64,000 nt of DNA from Ylistrum balloti. Lineage: Eukaryota. The stretch covers positions 1-64,000 of the forward strand of contig NW_026782569.1 in assembly GCF_031769215.1 (NCBI RefSeq). Direction: 5' to 3'. The notes under the pieces were generated by a model. That model searched no databases and had not been told where the DNA came from. It saw nothing but the letters and a program-made list of their open reading frames with translations. Both the position numbers and the translations under genes were made by a program. Position 1 is the stretch's first letter, and every line of letters starts with the position of its first letter. Below are positions 62,750-64,000 of this stretch, piece by piece.

Positions 62750-63960
62750 AACCAGAACAAGTGGGAATAAAAGAAGATTTACACCGAGACTCCTTAAAAA
62801 GTACACAAGTGTATCAAAAGAGTAAGCGTCTTCTGTTTATAGAAATAAAAGTAAGCTGTGTAACGATCGTTTTTAAAGTGGACACGATTAGCAAAGAAAT
62901 AACGGTTGATCCAACACGTCCGACTGCATAATTCTCGATGAAATCGCAATAAAGATCGTAAAACTTTCCTATCATTTCCATCAACCTGCATCTTTTGAAA
63001 CGGTTTGTCGTGAGTTTGTCAGATGCCGACACCTTGCACAAAATTCGTGACACCTTCGAATCGTTTGCGACATGTGAACACCATGTATTTGGAATGCAGA
63101 AATGGATAAAATAGAATGGAAATTGCAATCATCACATTTGTTATAGTATATGGTAAAAAACCTGTCCCTGTGGATTTCCATCCTCAATATGATCACTTTC
63201 GCTCTCTGCACCTCTGAAAAACATGTCAAGGCAAAATTGAAGGTTCCGTGTGCGACACCTTATGGAACGGGCGAGACGAAAAGACTAGTGTGATTCCTTA
63301 ATGTATATCAAACGAATCTCGGGGCCGTATAACGGTTTATCGTAATGGTTCTGTATCCTCAAAAGGAGCGCATTAGCAGGTGATTGGTCATCATACTTCT
63401 CCTGAAGTCAAACACATCGCTTCGCTTGTGCTTTCAAGTTTGCCACGACATGTTCCATGGGTGCAGAGAGCGAAAGTGACCGTAACCCCAAGAGAATCAA
63501 AGATGCTGGATTCCATTCCAAGATATAAATGGTTGTCGAAGAATAGTTTTGTGTCCTTGATTTCCAGTTTAGGTGGGTTTATACGATTGGCATTGCCAAT
63601 ACATTTCTCGTTATCTAAAGCCACTACATCAATATATTTGAAAGTGATGTTGATGGACGTTGCAAGGTCTTTATGACCAGTTTTGATAAGATATTCGATA
63701 AAGTCATTGCGATATGAACAAAATAGTCAACCAAGAGACTGACACAATTAGTTCTCAAAAGTATTCTGAAAATCGAACAAGTTCCTCTTCCGTTATCTGA
63801 TGAAGTTTTATTACAAATGAAATTATAAGGTTTATGATTCATCAGTACGGTCCCAATTTTCGTTGAAGATTTTGTTCCGCAACAATGTGAGAATACTAAG
63901 TTTATCAAGACAAACACATGTTTCTTGTTATCAGATAATTTTTCCTTGAGTCAAACACAT
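62750..63960 (-). mobile_element. Decayed Penelope-like reverse transcriptase (RT core to thumb, no C-terminal GIY-YIG; Naiad-like)
   Basis: Frameshifted motifs in order: RTNCVSLLVDYF (cf. GTNCAPLLADLF), LATSINITFKYIDVV (cf. FRYIDDV), INPPKLEIKDT, YYNKCDDCNF (cf. LYDKRDDFNF), HGVHMSQTIR (cf. YGVYISQLIR), DKLTTNRFKRCRL..KFY. The comparison motifs are recalled, not aligned. Confidence 0.85.
63190..63482. mobile_element. 293-bp Tc1/mariner-type MITE nested in the RT fossil
   Basis: Inverted ends tgatcactttcgctctctgcacc / ggtgcagagagcgaaagtgaccg (20 bp perfect, about 50 bp imperfect), with TA at 63188-63189 and 63483-63484. Confidence 0.85.
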
Positions 63961-64000
63961 TTTTCTTAATTTGTTCGATTTAGCACCAGGATTATATAGA

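Overview
AT-rich eukaryotic genomic DNA with GT-AG introns and five N gaps. The repeat types and nAChR type suggest a bivalve mollusc (inference). The main gene is a complete six-coding-exon nicotinic acetylcholine receptor alpha subunit on the minus strand (27368->6161). Its exons join in frame by hand to 1584 nt, i.e. 527 aa, with signal peptide, Cys-loop, vicinal loop-C cysteines and M1-M4. It converges tail-to-tail with the 3' part of a GPI-anchored Ig-superfamily gene on the plus strand (759-2556). The rest is intronic or intergenic and holds layered mobile-element fossils: about 9 remnants of a Penelope-like RT retroelement with no C-terminal endonuclease (Naiad-like), two MITEs nested inside them, Helentron-type elements, a Tc1/mariner MITE pair, SINE pieces and three satellite arrays (45, 61 and 100 bp periods). 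The most notable signal, invisible to the ORF track, is a dispersed family of at least five minimal type I hammerhead ribozyme motifs. They share flanking sequence and include a 179-nt tandem pair, the architecture of a small retrozyme or circular-RNA element. No CRISPR array, rRNA or intact tRNA was found.
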